In this document: one piece after another, positions 46,392-56,605 of the stretch
Position numbering within the stretch: position 1 is the stretch's first letter
Layout: the number at the start of each line of letters is the position of its first letter
Assembly (NCBI GenBank): GCA_029560465.1
Contig: JAKQKX010000082.1
Location: forward strand, 4,947-68,946
Reading direction: 5' to 3'
Length of the DNA stretch: 64,000 nt
Origin: Candidatus Omnitrophota bacterium
GTDB lineage: Bacteria; Omnitrophota; Gorgyraeia; Zapsychrales; JANLHA01
Notes under the pieces: generated by a model
What the model was told of the DNA's origin: nothing
What the model saw: the letters and a program-made list of their open reading frames with translations, nothing else
Database searches by the model: none
Program-made: the position numbers and the translations under genes

Positions 46392-48053
46392 TTATGATTC
46401 CAGGAGTTTCGCGGTCACGAATTTTTTATACATCCGGCGGTCGAACCCCCCTGTTATAACCCCTTCTTTATCGGTCACGGGCAGAAAACCCAATCGGCAA
46501 TTGTCCATGTAGTTTTTGGCCTCCCATAAACTGGTCTCCAGGAAGACCGCGTGGGGGAACCGTTCTTTCAAATCGGCGGCTAACAGCAGCGGGTTGGCTT
46601 TTTCAAACAAAAGGGAATTCTTTATGCCGTCAATATTAATCACGCCGCTTAATTTCCCCTGCCTGTCCACGACGGGATATTGCGTGTAAGGGCTTTGGGC
46701 GAAAATTTCCAGGATCTCTTGAGCCGGTGTGTTCTCATGAATGAGCGGGTAATGGGTGTCCATGAGTTCCCGGACTGATGTGGCGCGCACGATGTCTTCT
46801 TCCGTGATGTTTTTGCCGGCTTCCTTGGCTTTCACGACCGCGTATCTCACGCAGGGCGGCCCGAGCAGCTGCACGACAAAAGTTGTCATCGTAATGATGA
46901 CAATCACCATGTTGCCCATGTCCTTGTCCAGAGACTGCGCAGCCACCAGGGAAAGCCCTATGGCCACACCGGCCTGGCTGAACAGGCATAACGGCAAGTA
47001 TTTCCTGACGACCGTGCCCGCGCGGGATATTTGGGCGCCCCAGTAGGCCCCGACCATTTTTCCTCCTGTCCGCCCCAGCAGATAAAGGACAAACACAAGA
47101 GACATGATGGGGGTGAAGGCTTGCAGGTTCAGCCGGGCGCCCACCATCACGAAAAATAAGATAAAGATCGGCGGGCTGAAATCCTGAATGATGCTGAATA
47201 CCTGCTTGCTCATCGCAGAGAGACGGTTGGCGACAATCATCCCCAGCGTCATCGCGGCCAGGAGCATGCTGACGTTGACCGCCATGGAAAAGCCGAGCAC
47301 GAATAAAACCATGCCGATGAGAAAGACGAGCATCCTCTCTTTCTGCTGGTAATGGTTGATGATCGTGACAAGGACCCATCCTGAAACGCTTCCCAAAATA
47401 AATGCGCCGCCGATTTCATAAAGGGGCTGAAAAAAAGCAGCGAAGGAAGCGTTTTGCGAAGTCCCTATCAGGTGAGTCACGACACTTGACGCGACCGCGA
47501 ACAGAATGATCGCCAGGACGTCATCTAACGCCACGATGCCGAAAACCATTGTCGTTAGAGGGCCTTTTGCTTTATATTCCCATAAAACATCCGTGGTGGC
47601 GGCTGGGGCCGTCGCCGAAGAAATAGCCCCTAAAAGCAAAGCCAGAGACCAGACCATCTTCGTGTCCTTGAAGAACAAAGTGCCGATCCCGCCGATCAGC
47701 AAAGTCACCAGGACAAAGGCGAACAGCCCTTCAAAAAGCAGGATAATCATGAATTGTTTTCCGTACTTTTTTAATGTTTCCCGGTTCAGTTCCCCGCCGA
47801 TCATGAAACCGATCAGCCCCAGGGCGAAATAACTGAAGGGCATGAGGGTCTGGAGCATTGGCGCATTAATGACCCCGATAACGCTTGGCCCCAACAGAAA
47901 GCCGATGAGGATATAACCCACTACCTGGGGGACCTTGATTTTTTGGAACAGACGGCCTCCGATTGTCCCGCCGAATAAGGCCAGGCCGAGCACAAGCAGC
48001 ATGTTCAGATGAAAATGGGAAATGTTGGTGATCAGAGAATTGAATTTTTCCAT
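46392..48053 (-). CDS. Cation:proton antiporter (CPA2/Kef-type) with C-terminal CBS pair
   Basis: A Na+/H+ exchanger-like TM domain is followed by a CBS-like region. Confidence 0.65.
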   Translation of the reverse strand: MEKFNSLITNISHFHLNMLLVLGLALFGGTIGGRLFQKIKVPQVVGYILIGFLLGPSVIGVINAPMLQTLMPFSYFALGLIGFMIGGELNRETLKKYGKQFMIILLFEGLFAFVLVTLLIGGIGTLFFKDTKMVWSLALLLGAISSATAPAATTDVLWEYKAKGPLTTMVFGIVALDDVLAIILFAVASSVVTHLIGTSQNASFAAFFQPLYEIGGAFILGSVSGWVLVTIINHYQQKERMLVFLIGMVLFVLGFSMAVNVSMLLAAMTLGMIVANRLSAMSKQVFSIIQDFSPPIFILFFVMVGARLNLQAFTPIMSLVFVLYLLGRTGGKMVGAYWGAQISRAGTVVRKYLPLCLFSQAGVAIGLSLVAAQSLDKDMGNMVIVIITMTTFVVQLLGPPCVRYAVVKAKEAGKNITEEDIVRATSVRELMDTHYPLIHENTPAQEILEIFAQSPYTQYPVVDRQGKLSGVINIDGIKNSLLFEKANPLLLAADLKERFPHAVFLETSLWEAKNYMDNCRLGFLPVTDKEGVITGGFDRRMYKKFVTAKLLES

Positions 48054-48143
48054 AAGTATTCCCGGTTTATCCTTTCATAAAACAGCATAAATTATTCCCG
48101 GGGGTCGTCCCTTCTTCAACTCCCCAGAGGGTTTCCATAGGGG

Positions 48144-48887
48144 TTAATCGCGTTTGCTGAACTCAAAAATTCCTATCAGTAACATAACAGACGCAAAGAT
48201 TATAAGAAATAAAAAATCGATCATTAAAGGGAATGTTTGTATCCCCAAAGTGGCCCACCGCAGGAGGTCAACCCCGTACGTTAAGGGGTTGATCAGGACA
48301 ATACAATTGACCCAAGGAGGAAGGTTGTCTAGGGGGAAGACCGCGCCGCTTAAAAAAAACATGGGCATAATAATGAAATTAGATATGACACCAAATCCCT
48401 CAAAAGAAGTCATCCGCGCGGCGATAACAATCCCCAGGCTGGTGCAGACAAACGCGATCAGGAACATAAACGGTAAAAGCAAGGAAAGCTGGGCCACGGA
48501 AATATTTATTTTTATAAGCGGGGCGAACGCCATGACGAACAGGCCTTCAATAAACGCGACCGTTGAGCCGCTTAAGGCTTTCCCTATGACGATTGAGCTG
48601 CGCGGTATGGGGGCCACCAGGATTTCGCGAAGAAAACCAAATTCCCTGTCCCAGATGATACTGATGGTTGATATCATGGCCGCGAAAATGAGGTTCATGG
48701 CGATAATCCCGGGGAAAATAAAGTGGGGGTAAGAAACCCCAGGGACATGAAAAGAGGCCTTTAATCCCGTGCCCATGATCAGCAGCCACATCACGGGCCT
48801 GGAGATAGAGCCTAAAAGCCTCACCTTATCACGGAAATGACGGGTAATATCTCTTATCCAGATCATCCGTATCGCGGCACAATCCAT
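48144..48887 (-). CDS. ABC-2 type transporter permease
   Basis: 247 aa with 6 TM helices. It lies immediately downstream of the ABC ATPase. Confidence 0.65.
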   Translation of the reverse strand: MDCAAIRMIWIRDITRHFRDKVRLLGSISRPVMWLLIMGTGLKASFHVPGVSYPHFIFPGIIAMNLIFAAMISTISIIWDREFGFLREILVAPIPRSSIVIGKALSGSTVAFIEGLFVMAFAPLIKINISVAQLSLLLPFMFLIAFVCTSLGIVIAARMTSFEGFGVISNFIIMPMFFLSGAVFPLDNLPPWVNCIVLINPLTYGVDLLRWATLGIQTFPLMIDFLFLIIFASVMLLIGIFEFSKRD

Positions 48888-48889
48888 AA

Positions 48890-49690
48890 TTACCTCAATT
48901 TCTGCCTGGCTCGGAAAAATGTCCCTAGCGATTCTTTCCCGTTGGCTTCTTCTTCCCTGATCCCCCGGCCTGTCACATTCAGGAAGACTTCATTCAAAGA
49001 AGACACGTTATATTTATTTTTTAAGCTGTCCGGAGTGTCCAAGTCAACGATTTTACCGTGATCCATGATTCCGACTCTTTGGCATATTTCCGCTTCGTCC
49101 ATGTAATGCGTCGTTAGAAAAACGGTGATTTTTTCTTTCCGTGCGAGATTTAATATATAATCCCAAATGTACTGTCTTGTTTGCGGGTCGAGCCCTGTGG
49201 TGGGCTCATCTAAAAATAGGATCTTGGGGCTGTGCATCAGGCCCCGGGCGATTTCCAACCTGCGCTTCATGCCTCCTGAAAACGTGCGCACCACAGAATC
49301 CCTTTTGGGGCATAATCCGACCATATTTAACACCTCATCAATGCGTGTTTTTCTTCTCCTAGAGGTGATATGATAAATCATCCCGTGAAAATTTAAGTTC
49401 TCATAAGCCGTGAGCCGTTCATCAAGGCTGGGATCCTGAAAAATAATCCCGATAGACTTTCGAACGTCTGTAGGGGAATCCGTGACATTAAAACCATTCA
49501 CGTCCGCCCTGCCGCTGGTTGGGACCATAAGGGTGCACAGGATGTTAATGGTCGTTGTTTTCCCGGCGCCGTTTGGACCTAAAAAACCGAATAATTCCCC
49601 TTTCTTAACATCAAACGAGATCCCGTCCACGGCCCGAACGCCACTGAAATGTTTTGATAAATTTTTGACGCTTATGGTTATTTCATTCAT
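48890..49690 (-). CDS. ABC transporter ATP-binding protein (DrrA-like)
   Basis: Walker A is GPNGAGKTT, the signature is FSGGMKRR and Walker B is LFLDEPTTGLD. Confidence 0.75.
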   Translation of the reverse strand: MNEITISVKNLSKHFSGVRAVDGISFDVKKGELFGFLGPNGAGKTTTINILCTLMVPTSGRADVNGFNVTDSPTDVRKSIGIIFQDPSLDERLTAYENLNFHGMIYHITSRRRKTRIDEVLNMVGLCPKRDSVVRTFSGGMKRRLEIARGLMHSPKILFLDEPTTGLDPQTRQYIWDYILNLARKEKITVFLTTHYMDEAEICQRVGIMDHGKIVDLDTPDSLKNKYNVSSLNEVFLNVTGRGIREEEANGKESLGTFFRARQKLR

Positions 49691-49789
49691 ATATTGTTCA
49701 TCTATTCATATGCTGGATTTATATCCTGCGGGAAGGAGCGGGGTCACCCCTAGTGATGGCGATAAGGATCCAATTCATGAACAGATTCT

Positions 49790-49924
49790 TTATCCCTTAT
49801 TTTCGCATTTATTGCACAGCTCAGGGTTCTTGGCGGAAATTCGCACACCGAAAATTCTTGAGGCGATCAGGCGGTATAAAAATCCTTCCAGGGGGACTTT
49901 GCATTTTTTACATTTCTTAGTCAT
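49790..49924 (-). CDS. Small Cys-rich hypothetical protein (44 aa)
   Basis: My translation is MTKKCKKCKVPLEGFLYRLIASRIFGVRISAKNPELCNKCENKG, giving CxxC...CxxC. Confidence 0.3.
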   Translation of the reverse strand: MTKKCKKCKVPLEGFLYRLIASRIFGVRISAKNPELCNKCENKG

Positions 49925-49950
49925 AGCGTTTTCTCCTCAATAACTGATTT

Positions 49951-51453
49951 TTATCTTTTCCGGCCCAGGATGGAGCCTAACACCCCGCGGACAATTTGAC
50001 GGCCGAGAGAACTTCCAATGGAGCGCATGGTGCTTTTGGCGAAAGCGGTCCCAAGGGTATCCCTGGGGCGGCCAGGGCTTCGACACTGGGCCGGTTTCTG
50101 GCCGCGGGGTTGCGGCAGTCGGTACTTTTGCTGCCGCGGGGCGGGGAGCTGTGGCGACTGAGCGGCTTTTTGTGCCGTCCGTTTCTTTATCACTTCAAAC
50201 GCTGATTCCCGATCAACAGTTTTTTCATAGTTGCCGAAATGAATCGAGTTCTTAATAATTTCCTGCCGTTCATCGGGCATGATAGTGCCCAGGCGGCCCT
50301 GGGGCGGGCACACGAAAGCTCGCTCAACAACCGCCGGAGTCCCGTTTTCTTCCAAGAAAGAGATGAGGGCTTCTCCTACTCCCAGTTCAGTGATCACTTT
50401 TTCAATGATAAGTTGAGGATTAGCGCGAAACGTCTGTGCCATCATTTTAACCGCTTTTTGTTCCTGAGGCGTAAAGGCCCGTAAGGCATGCTGCACGCGG
50501 TTGCCTAATTGGGCCAAAACTTTATCCGGAATATCTTTCGGGTTCTGAGTGACAAAATAAACGCCGACTCCTTTAGAACGGATCAGCCTCACGACTTGTT
50601 CGATCTTATCCATTAAAACCGGCGGGGCTTCCTCAAAAAGGAGATGCGCTTCATCAAAAAAGAAAACCATTTTAGGCTTATCCAAATCTCCCACTTCCGG
50701 CAGGCATTCAAAGAGTTCCGCCAGAAGCCAAAGCAGAAAAGTGACATAGACTTTGGGCCGGTTAATCAGTTGATCCGCCGTTAGAATATTAATGACGCCT
50801 CTGCCATCCGAATGCGTTTGGATGAGGTCAAAAATATCCAGCATCGGTTCGCCGAAAAATTGATCTCCGGCCTGGGTCTCCAATTCCAACACCCCGCGCT
50901 GGATGGCGCCGATGGACGCTTTAGAAATATTCCCATATTCCGTGGTGAATGCCGAAGCGTTATCACCCACATACTGAACAATGGCGCGTAAATCTTTCAG
51001 GTCTAAAAGCAACAACCCGTTGTCATCGGCAATCTTAAAAATTAAAGTCAAGACTCCGGTCTGCACTTCATTGAGATTAAAAAGCCGGCCGATAAGAAAC
51101 GGCCCCATATCGGAAACCGTCGCCCGTACCGGATGGCCGTTTTTCCCGAAAACATCCCAAAAAGCCACAGGATATTCCCGGAAAGAATGCTCGGAAAGAT
51201 TGATGAGTTTAACCCGGTCCAGAATTTTTTGCTTCTCGCTTCCCTTCTGGCTGATTCCTGATAAGTCCCCTTTTACATCAGAGAGAAACACGGGAATGCC
51301 ATTTTCGCTTAGGCTTTCGGCGATTCTTTGTAAGGTAACGGTCTTGCCTGTCCCCGTAGCCCCGGCAATCAAACCATGGCGGTTCGCCATGTGCGGAAGC
51401 AAATAAAATTCCGCATTCTGCAAATTTTTAGCAATCAGCATCGGTTTTTTCAT
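49951..51453 (-). CDS. HerA-like / DUF853 (YjgR-type) P-loop ATPase
   Basis: Walker A is GATGTGKT. The Walker B region is [10 protein letters not shown]. The C-terminal region is a basic tail. Confidence 0.65.
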   Translation of the reverse strand: MKKPMLIAKNLQNAEFYLLPHMANRHGLIAGATGTGKTVTLQRIAESLSENGIPVFLSDVKGDLSGISQKGSEKQKILDRVKLINLSEHSFREYPVAFWDVFGKNGHPVRATVSDMGPFLIGRLFNLNEVQTGVLTLIFKIADDNGLLLLDLKDLRAIVQYVGDNASAFTTEYGNISKASIGAIQRGVLELETQAGDQFFGEPMLDIFDLIQTHSDGRGVINILTADQLINRPKVYVTFLLWLLAELFECLPEVGDLDKPKMVFFFDEAHLLFEEAPPVLMDKIEQVVRLIRSKGVGVYFVTQNPKDIPDKVLAQLGNRVQHALRAFTPQEQKAVKMMAQTFRANPQLIIEKVITELGVGEALISFLEENGTPAVVERAFVCPPQGRLGTIMPDERQEIIKNSIHFGNYEKTVDRESAFEVIKKRTAQKAAQSPQLPAPRQQKYRLPQPRGQKPAQCRSPGRPRDTLGTAFAKSTMRSIGSSLGRQIVRGVLGSILGRKR

Positions 51454-51477
51454 TTCCGAGGACCCTTCTTCATGTTT

Positions 51478-52125
51478 TTATTTCGGCATGTTCTTGATAA
51501 AGGCATCAGCCTCGGCAATGGAGGTATTCATCCTCTCGATCAACTGCTCAATCTGGGATTGAATGCTTATCGCCTCCCCTTTCAAAGAACCAATCGCTGC
51601 CGCATTCAGGTTGTGCTTGAGATACAGCACATGGTCTTTGAGCTGCGTAAGCACGGGCTTCATGGACTCCTCTGAGGCACGCACAGCCTTTAATAATTGC
51701 GAATAACGGGATTTGGTTTCCGTGAGATTGCGTTTACTGTCGGCGGCAAAAGTCGGGTTACTGTATTGTTTAATCTCTTTTTCCCACTCGCTGAACATGG
51801 ATCCTGCTATGTTCTCCATGTTTTGAATACGGTTATGCACGACATCGGATTGGGACGCGGCGTCATCGTAGGCGGCTTTAAATTTGTTATACATATCTTC
51901 CAACCTGTCTCCTTGAAAACCGTATAACTCCTTCAGTTGAGTCATCGCATCCTTGAATTCTTGCTGCGCTTTTTGTTCGTCCTTACGCAGGGAAGTAACA
52001 GCTTTTGTTAGAAGCTGGCGTTTCTCATAACCAAACACTTTCTCCATTGTCGTGTTATAGACCGTTTGACACCCTGACGACAGTATCCCTAAAAGAAGAA
52101 AAAGCCACAGCATTTTTTGTCTCAT
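51478..52125 (-). CDS. DUF2959-like lipoprotein
   Basis: A signal peptide with a GC lipobox is followed by a helical region. Confidence 0.4.
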   Translation of the reverse strand: MRQKMLWLFLLLGILSSGCQTVYNTTMEKVFGYEKRQLLTKAVTSLRKDEQKAQQEFKDAMTQLKELYGFQGDRLEDMYNKFKAAYDDAASQSDVVHNRIQNMENIAGSMFSEWEKEIKQYSNPTFAADSKRNLTETKSRYSQLLKAVRASEESMKPVLTQLKDHVLYLKHNLNAAAIGSLKGEAISIQSQIEQLIERMNTSIAEADAFIKNMPK

Positions 52126-52419
52126 TTTTAAAAAAGCCTTTCTATGGTATGTCTGAATTTTGTATTAAATGGCATCAGTCATGATTGATTGTCCATCCGG
52201 CGTCTACTGTGCAGGAACACTTATCAATTATCGCTATTTGCGAGTGATTTTTCCATAATTATTTATATTAACAATAAATATCCGCTTTTTGCTGACTCTG
52301 CATCGTCGGGACCAATCCTTCGGCCACTGGCAAATTGCCATATAGTGCTTTTCATTTATTTTAATTATTGTATATTAATAATAAACACTTTTAACGTTGA
52401 TAAATGAGGGCAAATCATC

Positions 52420-53259
52420 ATGAGTAAGCAATGTCCGTTATGCCACGCGGAAAACATAAAAGAATCTTTTGAAAAAAATTTAATTTTCTATTACCGTTGC
52501 CCATCATGCCGTTTTTTGTTTTCCGGCCAGGATCAAAATCCGAATTTGGAGAATACGGCCATCGAACACTATGAACCTGCCTATGTCCGTTATCTGGAAG
52601 ATTCTCCCGAAGACGAGATTAATTTCAGCAAGACACTGGCATGGATTGAACAATTTAAGCCTTTAAATGGCCTGCGCGTGCTTGACGTCGGCACAGGCAC
52701 GGGAAAGTTTGTGCGTTATCTTAGGCGGAACTCGGTTGACGCTTTTGGACTCGAGCCTTCTGTGGCTTTATTTAACCGGTATCTTGCCCGGGAGCCGTTC
52801 TTTTTTCTGACTGACCTTCAGGGATTGCCTTCGGCAACTTCCCCGGAGCTTAAATATGACGCGGTCATTATCTCCGATGTGATCGAGCATGTCCGGGACC
52901 CGCACCCCTTCTTTTCCGGCCTGGACCGCGTTTTAAAGCCAGGAGCGGTCGTGTACATCTGCACGCCGAATGCGGGCAGTTCCCTGGCGCGTCTCTGCGG
53001 GAAAAATTGGCATTATATCAACAAATATCATTTTTCATTTTTTTCCCGCGAAACATTACAGGGCATCACGGCGCAATATGGGTTAAAAGAATTAGGTTTC
53101 ACGCATTGCGCACGTTTTAGGTCCATCGGGTATATCTTTCAGTATTTCGCTGACTTCGTGGCCGGCGACAGCAAATTCCGTATCCCCGCTTCGTGGTACC
53201 AGCGTGGCCTCCCCCTGAATCTGCACGATTTAATGCAGGTGATCTACCAACACGCTTAA
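52420..53259 (+). CDS. Class I SAM-dependent methyltransferase with N-terminal zinc ribbon
   Basis: CPLCHA...CPSCRF gives two CxxC pairs, and LDVGTGTGKF is motif I. Confidence 0.7.
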   Translation: MSKQCPLCHAENIKESFEKNLIFYYRCPSCRFLFSGQDQNPNLENTAIEHYEPAYVRYLEDSPEDEINFSKTLAWIEQFKPLNGLRVLDVGTGTGKFVRYLRRNSVDAFGLEPSVALFNRYLAREPFFFLTDLQGLPSATSPELKYDAVIISDVIEHVRDPHPFFSGLDRVLKPGAVVYICTPNAGSSLARLCGKNWHYINKYHFSFFSRETLQGITAQYGLKELGFTHCARFRSIGYIFQYFADFVAGDSKFRIPASWYQRGLPLNLHDLMQVIYQHA

Positions 53260-55148
53260 AAATTTTGTCCCCGTCCCATCCGTTTCATTCTCTGGTGCCA
53301 GGCGATGAGGATGAGCAGGTTCCATATTTGCTTGGCGTTGTTCGTCGTCCCGGCGAAATGTTCGTCGCACATTTGCAGGGCCGCCTGGTGATTCAGGCCG
53401 GCCTCGCGGATATTTTCGGCGGTCAGAATATCACGGATTAGGCCTTTAAAATCATTTTTGATCCAGAGCGCCAAAGGGACAAAAAACGGGCGTTTCTTGC
53501 CCCGGATGATGCGTTGAGGAAGATAGGGGCGCATCCCTTGCCTCAGGATGAATTTCGGTTTTAATTTATAGGGCCAGGGTATACTGTTGACGCACGCGAT
53601 AAAATCATCATCCAGATACGGCATTTTAAATTGCAAGCGCGTGCCTTGCCCCACGGCGTTTAATTTCATAAGCCAACGCTCGCTTAAAATTTTAATATAA
53701 GCCGTTAAAACCTGGTTGACGAATGTGCGGGCATGGGCGTGCTGCTGCGATTCCAGCACTTCTTGATAGACCTCCGCGCCGTCTAAGCACAGACGCGCGC
53801 GCATGTCCTCCGGGTATAAGGGATTTTGATATGGAGGCGGGAATGGGCCCCACCAGGCTGCGTCACGCAGGGCGGGTGGATACCCGACGCCGCCGAGAAA
53901 CTGCTTGAAGCGGGCATCAAACGCGCAGTAGCGATAGGATACCGGCAGAAAACGTATTGCCGCCTCGAAATATTTTCTAAACAATTCCGGAACGCGCGCG
54001 TAGATCTCGGTGATCCGGTGGGCAAGGAATGACGGGTACCCCATGAAAAGCTCGTCCGGGCCGTCCCCCAGAAAGACATCATCCACGAGATTCTCGGCTA
54101 CCGGTGACAGGACCCCCCCGCAAATAATATCGTCATCGGAAAACGGGTCATCCACCTTTTCGATCCAATTTTTCAGAAACGCAAGGGCTTTCTGCGGGGT
54201 GAATAAGATTTCGTGGTGCTGGGTTTGAAAGAAGGACGCGACGAGCCCGGCTCGGGACGCCTCATTGAACGATTTCTCGTCAAATACAGCGGTAAATGTC
54301 TGCACGCGTGTCTCCGGACTGATGTGCTTGAGAACCGCCGCTAGGGAGCTTGAGTCAAGCCCGCCGCTTAAAAACAATCCAACCCGGGAACCGGCTGATA
54401 AGCGCCGTTTCGTGCTTTGACACAGGGACTGGAAGACGTTTTGGCCATGCCACGCCTCTTGCTTGCGGGGGGGGGCTTCCTGTTCTTGAAATTGAATATC
54501 CCAGTAGGCCCTCAAGCCCGTTATGTTTTGCTCGAAACAGAGGAAGGTCCCGGAAGCCAGGCGATGAACCCCTTCTAAAAGGGTATTCGGGCTAGGGACA
54601 AACCCGTAGGCAAAATATTTCGGCAAGACGGGCAGATGCAGCGGCGGCAGGAGTCCGGATATCTTAATGATGGTTTCCATGTCTTCGGAAAAAAATAAAC
54701 ACCCCTTATGTTGGGAATAATAAATTTTCCTAGGGTGGAGTTTCCCGTTGAGCAAGTAGAAAGTGCGCTGGTGGATGTCTCGCAGCGCCATGGAAAAATC
54801 CCCGTTTAACCGGGTGAAACAATGGTGATTGAATTTCTGAAACAGGCGCGTTATTAACCAAGCCGCGTCTTCAGCCGCGGGAACGCGATCTTCTTCCGGC
54901 AAAAGTATCAGGAGTTCTTTATGGTTGTAAAGGCTGCCGTTGAACAAAACAGAATATCCCGGGATTTCGGCCCCCTCCCCTTTTTTTCCTGCGGATGGTC
55001 GCGGGGCAAAACCCATAAACAGCCCATCCGTGGAGCTGTTGAGAAGACAGGGTTGGCCCGCAGGAACGGCGAGCCTTTTGAGACGATGTATGATGTCTGG
55101 AGAGAGTGGCCGCTCCCAGGAAACGGCTCCGTAAAAGCCGGGCATCAT
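53256..55148 (-). CDS. Asparagine synthetase B-like amidotransferase (N-terminal nucleophile Cys absent)
   Basis: The PP-loop motif is SGGLDSSS. The protein starts MMPGFYG rather than MCG. Confidence 0.7.
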   Translation of the reverse strand: MMPGFYGAVSWERPLSPDIIHRLKRLAVPAGQPCLLNSSTDGLFMGFAPRPSAGKKGEGAEIPGYSVLFNGSLYNHKELLILLPEEDRVPAAEDAAWLITRLFQKFNHHCFTRLNGDFSMALRDIHQRTFYLLNGKLHPRKIYYSQHKGCLFFSEDMETIIKISGLLPPLHLPVLPKYFAYGFVPSPNTLLEGVHRLASGTFLCFEQNITGLRAYWDIQFQEQEAPPRKQEAWHGQNVFQSLCQSTKRRLSAGSRVGLFLSGGLDSSSLAAVLKHISPETRVQTFTAVFDEKSFNEASRAGLVASFFQTQHHEILFTPQKALAFLKNWIEKVDDPFSDDDIICGGVLSPVAENLVDDVFLGDGPDELFMGYPSFLAHRITEIYARVPELFRKYFEAAIRFLPVSYRYCAFDARFKQFLGGVGYPPALRDAAWWGPFPPPYQNPLYPEDMRARLCLDGAEVYQEVLESQQHAHARTFVNQVLTAYIKILSERWLMKLNAVGQGTRLQFKMPYLDDDFIACVNSIPWPYKLKPKFILRQGMRPYLPQRIIRGKKRPFFVPLALWIKNDFKGLIRDILTAENIREAGLNHQAALQMCDEHFAGTTNNAKQIWNLLILIAWHQRMKRMGRGQNF

Positions 55149-56599
55149 AGGCGCTCCTTATGGCTTGAAACGTGTTTCTCTTTTGAGAGCAGAAAGCAAA
55201 GCACTTCCATAATCATTTTGAAACTCCAGGTCCAGTTGAACAGATAAAAAAGCGAGTAATTTTTAATATGGGCCAAAAGAAACGCCGGCCTGAAAAAAAA
55301 TTGCCGGTAAAATCTTTTTTGAAAAATTTTTAATTCCTGATCCGTTAAGCGGCTGACATTGATAATCGGCCGGAGATAATGGTGTGGAGCGGCGGACGGC
55401 TTGAGGGACGTGCTATAACGTTGATAATCCTGCGAGCCGGGATAAAGCGTAAAGTTGTGCACTTTGATGAAATCCGGCTGCAACTGAAAAGCGAGCCTGA
55501 TGCTTTCATCCACGTCCGCACGGGTTTCCTGGGGATTCCCCACCATAAACAGCGCGCAGGTCGCGATGCCTTCGGCCCGTGCGTTCTGGAAGGTTTCCTT
55601 TGCTTGCGAATTCCAGTTGCTCTCGTGTCTGCTCTTATGCAACAGCCGGATAATCCCTTCTGCCCCGGATTCAACACCGAAAAGGATTAAAACGCATCCG
55701 GCTTGTTTCATATCATGAAGCAAACCAGGGGTCACCTCGTCAATCCGGGCATGACAGGCCCAGTGGATATTCAATCTTTTTTTACGAAGTTCGGCGCAGA
55801 TTGAACGCACGTGTTCAGGGTTTCCCGTGAAATCATCATCTTCGAATGAAATGATGTTGACCCCCAGGTTCTGCAAACTTTCAATTTCTTTGACGACGTG
55901 GCCGGCCGACCGCAACCGGAGGCTTTTCCCGAAACTTTTTCTGACTGAAGGCGAGCAGAAGGAACAGCCGTGCCGGCACCCCCGCGAAGTGGAGATGTAA
56001 CCCGGCAATATTTTTTTAGGAAGGCGTAAAGGGTACCTGTAGGGGTAGCTTCTTAAATCCTCTTTGGTCCAGCTCGGGAAAGGCAGCTTATCAAGTTCAG
56101 AAACCAGGCACACATCCTTGTTGACGGCGGGCGCGTCATGATACGGAAGAACGTTGCCCCCCCCGGTTTTATGAACATGGATCATGAGACGGCTCAATTC
56201 CAGTTCAAATTCCCCTCGCAAGATCACGTCAAAAACGTCTCTGGCGGCTGAATAAAACGGGTAGCGTTCACTAACATCAGACCCCACGGCGATGATCAGC
56301 AAGCCCTTATGCCGTTCCCGCATGTTTTGGCATAAAGTCAGCCCCCTTTCACTGGCTGGAGAAGCGATCTCAACGCATACTGTTTGGGCCGGCCATTGCG
56401 CGATAATATTTAAGATGCTTCGATCCGGAACGGAGGCGACAAGGCTGTCAATGATCCGGACTTTAAAATGGCCGCTTTGCTCCAGCAAGGCTTGCGCGTA
56501 TTTCAACGCCAGTGGCGGCGGGTAATGCAACGGATGGTCGATTTTTTTCCTTTGCGCGTACCCGGCGCGGATTAACAGGATATGATGGTTCATATTCAT
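55145..56599 (-). CDS. Cobalamin-binding (class B) radical SAM protein
   Basis: The N-terminal domain is B12-binding-like, followed by CRHGCSFC. Confidence 0.7.
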   Translation of the reverse strand: MNMNHHILLIRAGYAQRKKIDHPLHYPPPLALKYAQALLEQSGHFKVRIIDSLVASVPDRSILNIIAQWPAQTVCVEIASPASERGLTLCQNMRERHKGLLIIAVGSDVSERYPFYSAARDVFDVILRGEFELELSRLMIHVHKTGGGNVLPYHDAPAVNKDVCLVSELDKLPFPSWTKEDLRSYPYRYPLRLPKKILPGYISTSRGCRHGCSFCSPSVRKSFGKSLRLRSAGHVVKEIESLQNLGVNIISFEDDDFTGNPEHVRSICAELRKKRLNIHWACHARIDEVTPGLLHDMKQAGCVLILFGVESGAEGIIRLLHKSRHESNWNSQAKETFQNARAEGIATCALFMVGNPQETRADVDESIRLAFQLQPDFIKVHNFTLYPGSQDYQRYSTSLKPSAAPHHYLRPIINVSRLTDQELKIFQKRFYRQFFFRPAFLLAHIKNYSLFYLFNWTWSFKMIMEVLCFLLSKEKHVSSHKERL

Positions 56600-56605
56600 A
56601 AAGGC

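Noticed and set aside
46735-47379. 214-aa minus-strand ORF (and other long ORFs at 46159-46512, 45549-46397, 43324-43767, 61499-61927)
   Set aside because: These are shadow ORFs in GC-rich coding DNA, antisense or out of frame to well-supported genes. Their translations are low-complexity and Arg/Pro/Gly-rich.
52126-52419. AT-rich imperfect inverted repeats (TTATTTATATTAACAATAAATA / TATTGTATATTAATAATAAA) in the intergenic region upstream of the zinc-ribbon methyltransferase
   Set aside because: They are low-complexity AT-rich sequences. The similarity is loose and could arise by chance in a promoter region.
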